DNA of 56,335 bases from Bacilli bacterium (GTDB lineage Bacteria; Bacillota_I; Bacilli_A; ML615J-28; CAG-698), in contig JBFXGS010000001.1 of NCBI GenBank assembly GCA_050177775.1, positions 1 through 56,335 of the forward strand, written 5' to 3'. The position numbers were made by a program, and so were the translations under genes. The notes beneath the pieces were generated by a model. That model was given only the letters and a program-made list of their open reading frames with translations, was not told the DNA's origin and made no database searches. Shown here in pieces: positions 9,196 through 19,504 of the stretch (the first letter of the stretch is position 1; the number at the start of each line of letters is the position of its first letter).

Positions 9196-11173
9196 AGATA
9201 AACTTGCCATTGAAACATTAAGAATATTGTCTGTTGAACAAATAACGAAGGCAAATTCCGGCCATCCCGGGATTGCATTAGGTGCTGCTCCAATTCTTCA
9301 TACTCTTTATGGCAAGCACTTAAATGTATCTCCAAAGCATCATCAATGGATAAATCGGGATCGGTTTGTATTGTCAGCCGGACATGGTTCAGCGCTATTG
9401 TACTCTCTTTTGTATTTAGCTGATTTTGGCTTAGACATTGACGATTTAATGCAATTTCGCCAATATGGCAGTAAAACTCCCGGCCATCCCGAGGTCCACA
9501 TTACCCCTGGAGTTGATGCTTCAACGGGGCCGTTAGGACAAGGAATAGCAATGGCCACCGGCATGGCGATTGCTGAAGAATATTTAAGAGCCCGGTTTAA
9601 TCGTCCCGATTTTCCTGTTTTTGACCATTATACTTACGCTCTTTGCGGTGATGGCGATTTACAAGAAGGAATCACTCAAGAAGCAATGAGCTTAGCCGGT
9701 CATTTAGGATTGAACAAATTGATAGTTTTATTTGATTCTAATGATATTCAATTAGACGGAAAAGTTGCCAACGCCAATTCTGAAATTGCCAAGGATAAGT
9801 ATCCGGCGATGGGATGGGATTATCTATATGTAAGTTCAGGTGAAGATACGGAAGCCTTATCTTCAGCTATCAATCAAGCCAAACAAAATAAAAAACCAAC
9901 AATAATTGAAATAAAAACAATTATTGGACAAAATTCCTCGGTTGCGAACACTTCAAAGGCGCACGGAAGCCCGCTTAGTTTAGGCGAAGTTCAAAAGATG
10001 CGAAGTGCTTTTGGAGGGGAACCGTTTAGTGTTCCGCAAGAAGTATTTGAATATTATCAAAAAATATTAGTTGAACCGGGAAAAGAAAAATTTGAACAAT
10101 GGCAACAAATGTATTCTCTTTACCAAAACACTTATCCAAACGAAGCCCAAGTCTTTGAAGATCTCAATGGGAAAGCCATCAGTGGTGATTGGGACCGCCC
10201 TTTTAACTATGATGAAGAGTACAACAAGGCAACAAGAACAACCAGCGGTGAAATCCTTAATTACTTACAATCTTTAAATTTAGGTTTAATCGGTGGCTCG
10301 GCTGATCTTTGTTCTTCCACGAAAGTTAAAGGAATCGAGGGGGATTTTTCAAAAACCAATCGGCTGGGGCGAAATATCAACTTTGGTGTTCGCGAACACG
10401 CGATGGGAGCAATTGCTAATGGGTTAGCGCTGCACGGATTTGTTCGTCCGTTTGTCAGTGGTTTCTTTGTTTTTTCTGACTATATGAAACCAGCCATTCG
10501 TCTGTCTGCCCTCATGAATTTACCGGTTATTTATATCTTTACCCATGACTCCATTGGTGTTGGCGAAGACGGGCCCACGCATCAGCCCATTGAACAATTG
10601 TCGGTGTTGAGAAGTACGCCGCACATCAACGTTATTCGGCCGGCCGACGCCAATGAAACGTTAGTGGCTTGGGACGTGATAATGAATACCAAAGACAATC
10701 CGATTGCCCTCATTCTTACAAGGCAAGATATTCCCAACATTACCAACAAAAAACTTGCCAATCACCTAAAACAAGGGGCTTACATCATATCTCCTGAACG
10801 TAAAAACCTTGATGGGATTATTCTTGCAAGCGGCTCAGAAGTGAAACTTGCCATTGATGCGCAAACCAAATTGCGTTTTGAGGGGATTGATGCGCGGGTT
10901 GTTAGCATCCCGTCTTTCTACTTGTTTGAAAAAGAGAGCAAACAATATCAAGAGCAAGTCATTCCGAAAAACGTGAAAACAAAAGTGGCCGTGGAAATGG
11001 GCGACGGCGTGCATTTTTATAAGTATTTAGGAACCGATGGGGTCTTGCTTAATGTTAATGGCTTTGGCCAAAGTGCCCCTATTTCCGTCCTAATACCAAA
11101 TTATGGTTTTACTGTCGATAACGTTGTGAAAACCTTTAAAGAATGTTTTCAAAACAACCAAAAAACCGAATAA
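9176..11173 (+). CDS. tkt: Transketolase
   Basis: 665 aa. Motifs SGHPG and GDGDLQEG, plus pyrimidine-binding and C-terminal domains. An alternative ATG at 9188 is possible. Confidence 0.96.
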   Translation: MQTKMNKDKLAIETLRILSVEQITKANSGHPGIALGAAPILHTLYGKHLNVSPKHHQWINRDRFVLSAGHGSALLYSLLYLADFGLDIDDLMQFRQYGSKTPGHPEVHITPGVDASTGPLGQGIAMATGMAIAEEYLRARFNRPDFPVFDHYTYALCGDGDLQEGITQEAMSLAGHLGLNKLIVLFDSNDIQLDGKVANANSEIAKDKYPAMGWDYLYVSSGEDTEALSSAINQAKQNKKPTIIEIKTIIGQNSSVANTSKAHGSPLSLGEVQKMRSAFGGEPFSVPQEVFEYYQKILVEPGKEKFEQWQQMYSLYQNTYPNEAQVFEDLNGKAISGDWDRPFNYDEEYNKATRTTSGEILNYLQSLNLGLIGGSADLCSSTKVKGIEGDFSKTNRLGRNINFGVREHAMGAIANGLALHGFVRPFVSGFFVFSDYMKPAIRLSALMNLPVIYIFTHDSIGVGEDGPTHQPIEQLSVLRSTPHINVIRPADANETLVAWDVIMNTKDNPIALILTRQDIPNITNKKLANHLKQGAYIISPERKNLDGIILASGSEVKLAIDAQTKLRFEGIDARVVSIPSFYLFEKESKQYQEQVIPKNVKTKVAVEMGDGVHFYKYLGTDGVLLNVNGFGQSAPISVLIPNYGFTVDNVVKTFKECFQNNQKTE

Positions 11174-11181
11174 ATTAAACT

Positions 11182-11227
11182 AAACCGACTAAGCTAATTA
11201 AAAACAATCAAAGCTTAGTCGGTTTTT
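11182..11227 (+). terminator. Intrinsic terminator after tkt
   Basis: 14-bp stem AAACCGACTAAGCT / AGCTTAGTCGGTTT followed by a T-run. Confidence 0.8.
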
Positions 11228-11305
11228 ATGCACTTATCAATTTTATTTATGGCGAAGGAAGATTATTATGTGATATAATAAAACCAATCAAGAAAAGGTG
11301 ATTAT

Positions 11306-12640
11306 ATGAATTTTTTGGAAATTGCAAAAAAATACGAACAAGCATTTATAAAAGACACACAAGGATTATTACAAATTGACAGTACATTAATCGAGCAACC
11401 GGACAACAAAGAAATGCCATTCGGAAAAGGGATTTACCAAAGTTTGGAATACGTTTTAAGTCTTGGAAAAGCATTTGGCTTTGAAACAAAGAACATTGAT
11501 AATATCGCCGGTCATATTGAATTTGGGGAAGGCAAAGACATTATCGGGGTTTTAGTTCATGTCGACGTTGTTCCCGCAGTAGGAGAATGGATGTATCCTC
11601 CTTTTTCGGGAACCGTTGCGGATGGAAAAATTTTTGCAAGAGGCGCCCTTGATGATAAAGGACCGGCGGTTTGTGCACTATACGCTTTTAAAATTTTAAA
11701 AGATTTGGGATTTCAACCTAAAAAACGCTTGCGTCTAATTATTGGCACGGACGAAGAAACGGCTTGGAGAGGAATCAGGCGTTATTTTGAAAAAGAAGAA
11801 ATGCCTGCTTTAGGTTTTTCTCCCGATGCTAATTTTCCCCTTATCTATGGCGAAAAAGGGATTATGTCTTTAGATTTGATTGGTCCCAAAGACCCTCATT
11901 TATTTTTCAAATCCGGAGTTCGTTACAATGTTGTTCCCGATTATGCGGAAGCAACTATCGATAAAGAAGTAAAAGAAGCTTTCCAAGCATTCTTAAACAG
12001 CAACCATTTAAAAGGTCAAGCTGACAAAAAATTAACTTTGTTTGGTCGCAGTGCTCATGCGATGGAACCTAATTCAGGAGTCAACGCCGCTATTAAATTA
12101 TGTCAGTTTTTAATTAATGTTACTTCCAATCAAACTGTATCTTTAATTGCCAATCAATTGAATGATTCTCGCTTTAAGGCAATGGGGCTATCCTTCTTTG
12201 ACCCCGAAATGAAGGATTTAACGGTCAACGTTGCCATTGTTGAAATTGATCAAAACCAATCACATATTGGTCTTAATTTGCGTTATCCGATTAATTGGAA
12301 CAAGGAAGCATTTTTGGAAAAGTTTAGGGAAAAAGTTGCCGATTATGGTTTTAAAGTAATTGTGAAACAAGACCAAATTCCTCATTATATAAATAAAAAC
12401 GATCCGTTGATTAAAACGTTGCTGGGAGCATATCAACGTAATTCTCAAGATTTTGATAACGATATTATGACCATCGGTGGTGGAACATATGCGAGAGCTT
12501 TAAAAAAAGGGGTCGCATTTGGTCCGGAATTCCCAAATCGTGAGAATGTCGTACATCAACCAAACGAATATTTTGTCATTGAAGATGCCATCAAAGCCAT
12601 GGCTATTTATGCTGATGCTTTGTGGGAATTAGGAAAATAA
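11306..12640 (+). CDS. pepV: M20 family dipeptidase (PepV/Sapep-like)
   Basis: 444 aa. Motifs HVDVVP, GALDDKGP and GTDEE, typical of PepV-type dipeptidases. Confidence 0.85.
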   Translation: MNFLEIAKKYEQAFIKDTQGLLQIDSTLIEQPDNKEMPFGKGIYQSLEYVLSLGKAFGFETKNIDNIAGHIEFGEGKDIIGVLVHVDVVPAVGEWMYPPFSGTVADGKIFARGALDDKGPAVCALYAFKILKDLGFQPKKRLRLIIGTDEETAWRGIRRYFEKEEMPALGFSPDANFPLIYGEKGIMSLDLIGPKDPHLFFKSGVRYNVVPDYAEATIDKEVKEAFQAFLNSNHLKGQADKKLTLFGRSAHAMEPNSGVNAAIKLCQFLINVTSNQTVSLIANQLNDSRFKAMGLSFFDPEMKDLTVNVAIVEIDQNQSHIGLNLRYPINWNKEAFLEKFREKVADYGFKVIVKQDQIPHYINKNDPLIKTLLGAYQRNSQDFDNDIMTIGGGTYARALKKGVAFGPEFPNRENVVHQPNEYFVIEDAIKAMAIYADALWELGK

Positions 12641-12642
12641 CC

Positions 12643-13278
12643 ATGCGGTTAAGGAAAATAAAACAAGCCGCAACCAAACTTGAATCCTTTCCCGATTTAG
12701 TTATTAAGGGTGGTGAAGAAAACATCGGAAAATGGTCCGAAGTTTTTCATAATACAAACCCCATTTATTTAGAAATTGGGATGGGAAAGGGACAATTTAT
12801 TAGTGAGCATGCTCGCCAAAACCCGAACATCAATTATTTGGGTTTAGAAAAATTTGATAGTGTCGTTTTAAAGGCAGCACGTCGTATCGAAAAAGAAACG
12901 ATTCCCAACTTACGTTTTATATGTGCAGATGCAAAAAATATCGAACAAATTTTTAAAAAAGAAGAAATTGTCAAAATTTTTTTAAATTTTAGTGATCCAT
13001 GGCCCAAAGAGCGGCACGCTAAACGCCGATTGACTTTCGATGGCTTTCTGCTTAGTTATGAATATATTTTAAAGCACCCCGGGATTATTGAATTAAAAAC
13101 CGACAATCGACAATTGTTTGAATACAGCATCATGAAATTTAACGAACGAAAATATCGTTTCTTAGAATTAAATTTGCATTTGCATGAGCAATACATTCCC
13201 AACATTATTACAACCGAATATGAAGACAAATTCGTTAAAGAAAACAAAATAATTTATTATTTAAAGGTGGAATTATGA
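12643..13278 (+). CDS. trmB: tRNA (guanine-N7)-methyltransferase
   Basis: TrmB pattern: LEIGMGKGQF SAM motif and FSDPWPKERHAKRR. Start set at ATG 12643. The track begins at an upstream GTG inside pepV. Confidence 0.9.
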   Translation: MRLRKIKQAATKLESFPDLVIKGGEENIGKWSEVFHNTNPIYLEIGMGKGQFISEHARQNPNINYLGLEKFDSVVLKAARRIEKETIPNLRFICADAKNIEQIFKKEEIVKIFLNFSDPWPKERHAKRRLTFDGFLLSYEYILKHPGIIELKTDNRQLFEYSIMKFNERKYRFLELNLHLHEQYIPNIITTEYEDKFVKENKIIYYLKVEL

Positions 13279-14351
13279 ACAGCAACATTAACTTTGACAT
13301 TTTTTATCAATTAGTCAATTTGCATGGTGTCTCCGGCCATGAAAAATCCATTCGCCAATTTATGAAGCAGGAATTAAGTAAATATAGCGATGAGATTATT
13401 CAAGACAAACTGGGGAGTATTTTCGGAGTAAAAAAAGGCCAGGATAAACCGGTGATAATGGTGGCGGGACATATGGATGAAGTGGGAGCCATGGTTACAG
13501 CCATCACCGATCGGGGATTTCTGAGAATGATTCCCATGGGTGGTGTCAACCCCGAAGTAATGGTCTCGCAAAACGTTTTAGTTTGCACCGGTAATAACCG
13601 TTTTGTTCCGGGAATTGTTGGGGCCGTTCCCCCACATATTACCAAAGTTGAAGAGCATAAACCGATCAGTTTTGATGATTTGTTGCTGGATATTGGTGCG
13701 GATTCAAAAGAGCATGCCATTGAAATGGGGATTGAGATTGGGCAACAAATAACCTTTGTTAATCATTATTATTTTACAGAAGATAAAAAGAAAATCGTTT
13801 CAAAGGCTTGGGACAATCGTTTTGGTTGTGGAATGGCGATTGAAGTTCTCCGTGAATTGAAAGATATGGATCATCCGAATGCGGTTATTGCAGGAGCGAC
13901 GGTGCAAGAAGAAGTTGGTTTAAGAGGAGCCCAAACATCCAGTCAAATGGTCGAACCGGATTTATTTATTGCCATTGATGTTTCACCGGTTGGTGATTTT
14001 TTAAGCAAGGATCATCCAAGAGCTTATGGAACTTTAGGAAAAGGATTCTTAGTGCGTTTCTATGATCCTCGTTGTATCATGAATCCAGCCATCAAAGAAT
14101 ATTTTGAAAAAATAGCCAAGAAAAATGACATTCCTTTCCAACAATTCTTATCATTAGGCGGAACCGATGCTGCTGCTGCCCAATATGCAGGGTCAGGAAC
14201 GCTTTCCACAACCATTGGTCTTCCGGGACGATATATTCACTCAACAGCCACCATGATTCATGTTGATGACATGCTGGCTGTCAAAAAAATGGTTTTAGCT
14301 ATTATTAAAGATTTTGATAATGACCGATTGGTCGCTTTACAAAATGCTTAA
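13275..14351 (+). CDS. M42 family aminopeptidase (YsdC/PepA/FrvX-like)
   Basis: 358 aa. Motifs GHMDEVG, WDNRFGC and QEEVGLRGA. ATGA overlap with trmB. Confidence 0.88.
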   Translation: MNSNINFDIFYQLVNLHGVSGHEKSIRQFMKQELSKYSDEIIQDKLGSIFGVKKGQDKPVIMVAGHMDEVGAMVTAITDRGFLRMIPMGGVNPEVMVSQNVLVCTGNNRFVPGIVGAVPPHITKVEEHKPISFDDLLLDIGADSKEHAIEMGIEIGQQITFVNHYYFTEDKKKIVSKAWDNRFGCGMAIEVLRELKDMDHPNAVIAGATVQEEVGLRGAQTSSQMVEPDLFIAIDVSPVGDFLSKDHPRAYGTLGKGFLVRFYDPRCIMNPAIKEYFEKIAKKNDIPFQQFLSLGGTDAAAAQYAGSGTLSTTIGLPGRYIHSTATMIHVDDMLAVKKMVLAIIKDFDNDRLVALQNA

Positions 14352-14847
14352 ATGTTATGTTGGTTCACAAAACCGCGTAAAACTTTTGGCCACTAAACAG
14401 GTATTAAAACACTTTGAAGTAATCGGTTTAAGTGCCAACAGTCAAGTATCAAATCAACCCAAGACGGATTTAGAAACGATTCAAGGAGCCTTGAATCGCA
14501 CAAAAGGATTGCCTAAAGATGGGCTTCGGATTGGGCTGGAAGCGGGAATTCAGTTACATGGAGATCGCTTGTTTTTGGTCAATTGGGGCGTTTTGCTTGA
14601 CGAACAAGATCATGAATATTTTGCCGGTGGAACTAGAATTCCTTTGCCCGACTTTATGAAAGAACCGCTTTTAGAAAAGGGGTTGGAACTGGCAGAGGTC
14701 ATCGACCAATATACCAATTCCGTTGATATTCGCCAAAAGCAAGGAGCAATCGGTGTTTTCACAAACAATCTTGTGAAACGAAAAGATATTTTTATTCATA
14801 TCGTTAAACTTTTATATGGGCAATATTTACGAGGAGAAAAAAGATGA
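14344..14847 (+). CDS. Inosine/xanthosine triphosphatase-like NTPase (YjjX/DUF84 family)
   Basis: About 167 aa. N-terminus VGSQNRVKLLA and size match the YjjX family. Start chosen at ATG 14344, overlapping the upstream stop. Confidence 0.6.
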   Translation: MLKCYVGSQNRVKLLATKQVLKHFEVIGLSANSQVSNQPKTDLETIQGALNRTKGLPKDGLRIGLEAGIQLHGDRLFLVNWGVLLDEQDHEYFAGGTRIPLPDFMKEPLLEKGLELAEVIDQYTNSVDIRQKQGAIGVFTNNLVKRKDIFIHIVKLLYGQYLRGEKR

Positions 14848-15395
14848 AAGGATTAATTGTTTTAGCCGATGGTTTTGAAGATGTTGAAGCGATGGCAACC
14901 ATTGATGTTTTGCGTCGTAGTCAATTGGAGATTCACTTAGCAACAATCAATAAAAACTTGTTTGTTGAAAGTGCCCAACATTTGATTGTAAAAGCGGAAA
15001 AAGAATGGGAAAAAATCGCCGAAAAAGATTATGATTTTCTTGTGATTCCCGGTGGTCGGGCCGTCTTTTCGGTATGGAACCAATTTGCCCCCCTTTCGAA
15101 ATTAATTGACCAATTTGTTTTATCAAAAAAGTTAGTTGCGGCCATCTGTGCCGGTCCCGCTTTAGTTGGAAAATTAGGGCATTATCAAAATCACTCCTAT
15201 ACTTGTTTTCCAGGTAGCGAGAAAGTAATTGTTGGTGGTCACTATTCCCCTAAGGAAACCGTCATCCGTGACGGCAACTTTATTACTGCCAAAGCAATGG
15301 CGTTTGCAATTGATTTTGGGTTGGCGATTGTTGAATACTTGCAAGGCAAAGAGCAAAGAGAGAAAATCTATCATAGTATTCGTGGTGAACTGTGA
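14844..15395 (+). CDS. DJ-1/PfpI family protein
   Basis: 183 aa. Nucleophile-elbow motif AAICAGP. ATGA overlap with the upstream gene. Confidence 0.88.
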   Translation: MKGLIVLADGFEDVEAMATIDVLRRSQLEIHLATINKNLFVESAQHLIVKAEKEWEKIAEKDYDFLVIPGGRAVFSVWNQFAPLSKLIDQFVLSKKLVAAICAGPALVGKLGHYQNHSYTCFPGSEKVIVGGHYSPKETVIRDGNFITAKAMAFAIDFGLAIVEYLQGKEQREKIYHSIRGEL

Positions 15396-15416
15396 GTTAG
15401 GCACTCACGGTTTTTT
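15390..15416 (+). terminator. Intrinsic terminator after the DJ-1 gene
   Basis: CTGTGAG / CTCACGG stem with one G-U pair, followed by TTTTTT. Confidence 0.7.
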
Positions 15417-15512
15417 CATTTTATAAAAATAAAATGTTCTTGTTAATTAGTGCTTATTATGATAAGATTAAACTACATTAATAATATGAACTTAAGAAAA
15501 GTGGTGATATCA

Positions 15513-18500
15513 ATGAATGAAAAACCAACCGAAGTTAAAAATAATCCTAAACCAAGAAAACCACGAACGACGGTAGCTAAGGTTGAACCGGTTGAGGAAA
15601 TAGATGTTCAAAAATTGACTGCCATTCCTGAAAAAGCACCTACTTTATCGCCAATTGAAGAATTAAAACAAAAGAAAATTGTTAACCTTCCCGAAGAAGA
15701 ACCAAAGCCGACGGAAGAAGAATTGTTCGAACAAGAAGTAAAAGCCAAAAAAGAAAAGAAAATAAAAAAAGAAGAAGAAAAGCCAATCACTAGATATTTA
15801 AATACTCCTATTTTGGAAGGCTTGAGTAACGAGATTGTTGAAGAACGAAAAGCCGAGGGCCTGGTTAATGTTGCGAAAAAAGCGCAAGGCAAGTCCATTC
15901 CTGGGATTATTTTTTCGAATTTATTTACATGGTTTAATATCTTATATACGATAATTACCATTCTCTTTTCGGTTTTAGAAAGTTGGGATAATTTAGGCTT
16001 TTTGTTTACGATTATTCCCAATTTGATCATTGGAATTATCCAAGAAATCAAAGCGAAAATGACGGTTGATAAATTATCACTACTAACAGCTCCAACAACA
16101 ACCGTTGTTCGCAACAGTGAGAAATTTGAAATTCCTGTTTCCGAAGTTGTGCTTGATGATATCGTGTTTTATACTCCAGGCAAACAGATTAGTGCCGATA
16201 GCATTGTTGTTGAGGGTACTTTAGAAGTTAATGAATCATTATTGACAGGGGAATCTGAAGCAGTCATAAAAAACGTTGGCAATCCGCTTTTGGCAGGAAG
16301 TTTTGTTGTAAGCGGTGTTGCGGTTGCTCGGGTTGATAAAGTTGGTAAAGATAATTATATTGAAAAATTATCCGCGGATGCGCGAATGTACCGAAAACCA
16401 AAATCAGAATTACTGACGACATTAAACTGGATTATTAGAATTATTTCCTTTATTATTTTGCCATTAGCAATTCTTACATATATTACGACTTCAAGTGATG
16501 CCATAAAGGATTTTTTGAATTTAGGAACTTGGGCCGAAAATATATTTGGTATTAATGCAGGCTATTTGCTTAATCGTGACGGAGTTATTAAAGCGGGAAG
16601 TTCTATTCTGGCGATGATTCCGGCAGGACTATTTTTACTAACTAGTATGGCACTGGCCGTGGGCGTAATTCGCCTCGGAAAGAGTAAAACGCTGGTTCAA
16701 GAATTGTATTGCATCGAAATGCTAGCAAGAATAAATGTATTGTGTTTAGATAAAACCGGAACCATTACGGATGGAACCATGCGTGTTTGTGATTGTGTGG
16801 AAATAAAGAACTATACAGATTACACTATCAGAGAAATCGTTGGTTCGATGATGAATGCTTTTAACGATACAAATCCTACTTCGGAAGCTTTGATTCGTTT
16901 TTTTGATAAAAACAAAGTCTTAGCACCAACCGAAATTATTCCTTTTTCTTCAAAACGCAAATATAGTGCGGTTACTTTTGGTCGCCAAGGCACATTTTTA
17001 TTAGGCGCACCCGAATTTATTTTGTTCGAAAATTATGATAAAGTTCAAAGCAAAGTTGAAAGATTTGCGCAACAAGGATGTCGAGTATTAGCCCTAGGAC
17101 ATACTACTTTAAAAATAAAAGAACATGATTTACCAAAAACAATTAAACCTTTAGCGCTAATTGTTATTCAAGACCATATCCGTGATGATGCGGCTGATAC
17201 TATCGCTTATTTCAAACACAACGGGGTTGAGGTAAAAGTAATTTCCGGTGACAATCCGATGACGGTATCCGAAATTGCTTTGCGAGCTGGTGTGGAAAAT
17301 GCCGAGCGTTTTATTAGTTTGGCGGGATTAACCGACGATCAAGTTCGTGAATCCGTTTTTGATTATACCGTATTTGGTCGAGTTAGCCCTGTTCAAAAAC
17401 GGATCATCATTCAAACCCTTAAGAAACATAAAAAAGTTGTTGCCATGACTGGAGATGGCGTCAATGACATTCTTGCGTTAAAAGAAGCGGATTGTAGTAT
17501 TGCCATGGCATCAGGAAGTGAAGCAACTCGTTATGTTTCCCATTTGGTTTTAATGGATTCCAATTTTTCCTCCATGCCTAAAGTCGTTGATGAAGGACGG
17601 CGTGTCATCAATAATATTCAAAAGACTTCGACGCTGTTTTTAACGAAAACCATTTTTTCGATATTACTTACGATTTTGTACATTGTATTCGCCATGCAAA
17701 GCGGCCCGTATCGAATTACTTATCCGTTTACCGCTAAAAACCTTTATATGATTGAATGGTTTGCCTTAGGTGTTCCGGCTTTTGTTTTGGCTTTACAACC
17801 AAATCACGAGATTGTGAAAGGAAAATTTTTAACAAACGTTTTAAAATCGACCTTACCGGGAGCGTTGACAGTTGTCTTTTTCCACTTACTTTTAATCCTA
17901 TTAAGACCTTTACCGGGATTTGAAAGTTTACAGAATAATCCGGAAGTTTACACAACGATTACAACCATTATTACAACGGCCGTTGTTATGATTGTTTTGT
18001 TTCAAATGTCGCGACCATTTAACTGGTTTAGAAAACTTTTGTATACCTTAATGTTGGCTGGCTGCTTGGTGATGGGAACGGGTTTAATCAAAGACTGGCC
18101 GATTATTCCGGATTTGGAATTGACTTTCTTAAAAAATCCTAAAGATTATGATACGCGATTAACCATTATTGATACTGATGATGGTGAAGAATGGCTTTTA
18201 AACGATGAACTAACGGGCGTAAAAGCTTTTGAATATCCGGTCATCACTTTAACTGATAGTGAAGCGGGCATAACTTATATGGCTCCGGTTATTACCATCA
18301 ACAAAGACCATGAATGGATATTTAATGGCAATAAAACCGGGATAAAAGCCGATTCCGTTCTCAAGTTTGATTTGTCGGTTCGAAATGGTTATTGGTATTT
18401 AGATAATGTAAAAACGATCAAAGCCACTAAGCAACCAATCCTTAATTTTGATGCTCTCAATAATCAATTTGAAGAACCAATTCTGACTGTCGATGATGGA

Positions 18501-19049
18501 TATTGGTGCCTAAATGATATTACAACACAAATCAAAGCGGGAAATGAAGACCAAATTGATTTTGCTGTAAACGAGTTTGGATTCTTAACGATGAACGGGA
18601 AAGAAACCAAAGTGATGGCGGAACCAAAAGATGAGATCATCAATGCCAATGAATATTTAATTCCGGAAATTCAAATTGTAACCGTCGACCAAATTCGCGT
18701 TTTCAAAATTAATAATGTCACAACGACCATCCCTTCCAATGATGCCAACAATATTACTTTAACGGTTAATAATGAAGGCTATTGGGAAATAAATGGAATT
18801 AACACCAATTATTTGGCTTTGAAAATATCGGATACTATTGTTGATGATACGGCTCATGTCAAAGCTGATTTAGAAATAAGCATTGATGGACATTGGATTA
18901 TTAATGGTGAAGAAACAACCATTAAAGTTGACAATCACATCTTAATTCTGGAAATCGTTATGACTTTGTTACTGGTGGCTTTAGCTTATTCAATAATGTG
19001 GGGATTCTCTTCTTTCTTAAGAAAAATAAAAATGGTTCCCGAACAATAA
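15513..19049 (+). CDS. Cation-translocating P-type ATPase of unknown specificity, with a K/E/P-rich N-terminus and a roughly 280-aa repeat domain before the last TM helix
   Basis: Motifs LTGESEAV (A domain), CLDKTGTITDG (phospho-Asp) and MTGDGVNDILALKEAD (hinge). TM4 motif is PAGL. Start set at ATG 15513 (MNEKPTEV). The track starts at an upstream GTG. Confidence 0.9.
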   Translation: MNEKPTEVKNNPKPRKPRTTVAKVEPVEEIDVQKLTAIPEKAPTLSPIEELKQKKIVNLPEEEPKPTEEELFEQEVKAKKEKKIKKEEEKPITRYLNTPILEGLSNEIVEERKAEGLVNVAKKAQGKSIPGIIFSNLFTWFNILYTIITILFSVLESWDNLGFLFTIIPNLIIGIIQEIKAKMTVDKLSLLTAPTTTVVRNSEKFEIPVSEVVLDDIVFYTPGKQISADSIVVEGTLEVNESLLTGESEAVIKNVGNPLLAGSFVVSGVAVARVDKVGKDNYIEKLSADARMYRKPKSELLTTLNWIIRIISFIILPLAILTYITTSSDAIKDFLNLGTWAENIFGINAGYLLNRDGVIKAGSSILAMIPAGLFLLTSMALAVGVIRLGKSKTLVQELYCIEMLARINVLCLDKTGTITDGTMRVCDCVEIKNYTDYTIREIVGSMMNAFNDTNPTSEALIRFFDKNKVLAPTEIIPFSSKRKYSAVTFGRQGTFLLGAPEFILFENYDKVQSKVERFAQQGCRVLALGHTTLKIKEHDLPKTIKPLALIVIQDHIRDDAADTIAYFKHNGVEVKVISGDNPMTVSEIALRAGVENAERFISLAGLTDDQVRESVFDYTVFGRVSPVQKRIIIQTLKKHKKVVAMTGDGVNDILALKEADCSIAMASGSEATRYVSHLVLMDSNFSSMPKVVDEGRRVINNIQKTSTLFLTKTIFSILLTILYIVFAMQSGPYRITYPFTAKNLYMIEWFALGVPAFVLALQPNHEIVKGKFLTNVLKSTLPGALTVVFFHLLLILLRPLPGFESLQNNPEVYTTITTIITTAVVMIVLFQMSRPFNWFRKLLYTLMLAGCLVMGTGLIKDWPIIPDLELTFLKNPKDYDTRLTIIDTDDGEEWLLNDELTGVKAFEYPVITLTDSEAGITYMAPVITINKDHEWIFNGNKTGIKADSVLKFDLSVRNGYWYLDNVKTIKATKQPILNFDALNNQFEEPILTVDDGYWCLNDITTQIKAGNEDQIDFAVNEFGFLTMNGKETKVMAEPKDEIINANEYLIPEIQIVTVDQIRVFKINNVTTTIPSNDANNITLTVNNEGYWEINGINTNYLALKISDTIVDDTAHVKADLEISIDGHWIINGEETTIKVDNHILILEIVMTLLLVALAYSIMWGFSSFLRKIKMVPEQ

Positions 19050-19051
19050 TC

Positions 19052-19080
19052 AAGGGTGATGTTTCAATCACCCTTTTCTT
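19052..19080 (+). terminator. Intrinsic terminator after the ATPase gene
   Basis: AAGGGTGAT / ATCACCCTT 9-bp stem followed by a T-rich tail. Confidence 0.8.
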
Positions 19081-19141
19081 GTATAAAAATCTTGAAATAT
19101 AAGTAATTTAGGTTTATTATTTTGATTATAAATGGAGATAA

Positions 19142-19504
19142 ATGATTATGGCCGTTTTAGGAAACATATTATGGTTGCTATTTGGTGGCATTTTAATGGG
19201 ATTGTTTTGCTATGTGGTGGGAGTGCTTTTTTGTTTTTCCATCATAGGGATCCCGTTTGGCTTACAACTATTTAAGATCGGTAACCTCTTTTTTTGGCCA
19301 TTTGGAAGCAATATCATTATCAATTTTGATGCTCATCCATTCGCCAACATCTTATGGATTATTTTCTTTGGGATTGAGTTTAGCATCAGTTGTTTACTTA
19401 TCGGAGTAATTTTTTGTCTTACCATTGTGGGAATTCCTTTGGGAAAGCAATGGTTTAAATTAGCTAAGTTGGCTTTGCTTCCGTTTGGGGCAACTTTAAA
19501 ATGA
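19142..19504 (+). CDS. yccF: YccF domain-containing inner membrane protein
   Basis: 120 aa with duplicated GIPFGLQLFK / GIPLGKQWFK motifs and LWLLFGG, typical of YccF (PF03733-like). Confidence 0.8.
   Translation: MIMAVLGNILWLLFGGILMGLFCYVVGVLFCFSIIGIPFGLQLFKIGNLFFWPFGSNIIINFDAHPFANILWIIFFGIEFSISCLLIGVIFCLTIVGIPLGKQWFKLAKLALLPFGATLK

Noticed and set aside
15450-15512. Upstream-extended starts in the ORF track (for example 15450, 4990, 7878, 12622, 14314, 24839, 25755, 31121, 32787, 36000, 39476, 47209)
   Set aside because: The extensions begin at GTG or TTG codons, or at ATGs inside the preceding gene, and lack an RBS. In each case a downstream ATG with a good Shine-Dalgarno sequence and a sensible N-terminus (signal peptide or conserved family start) is available.
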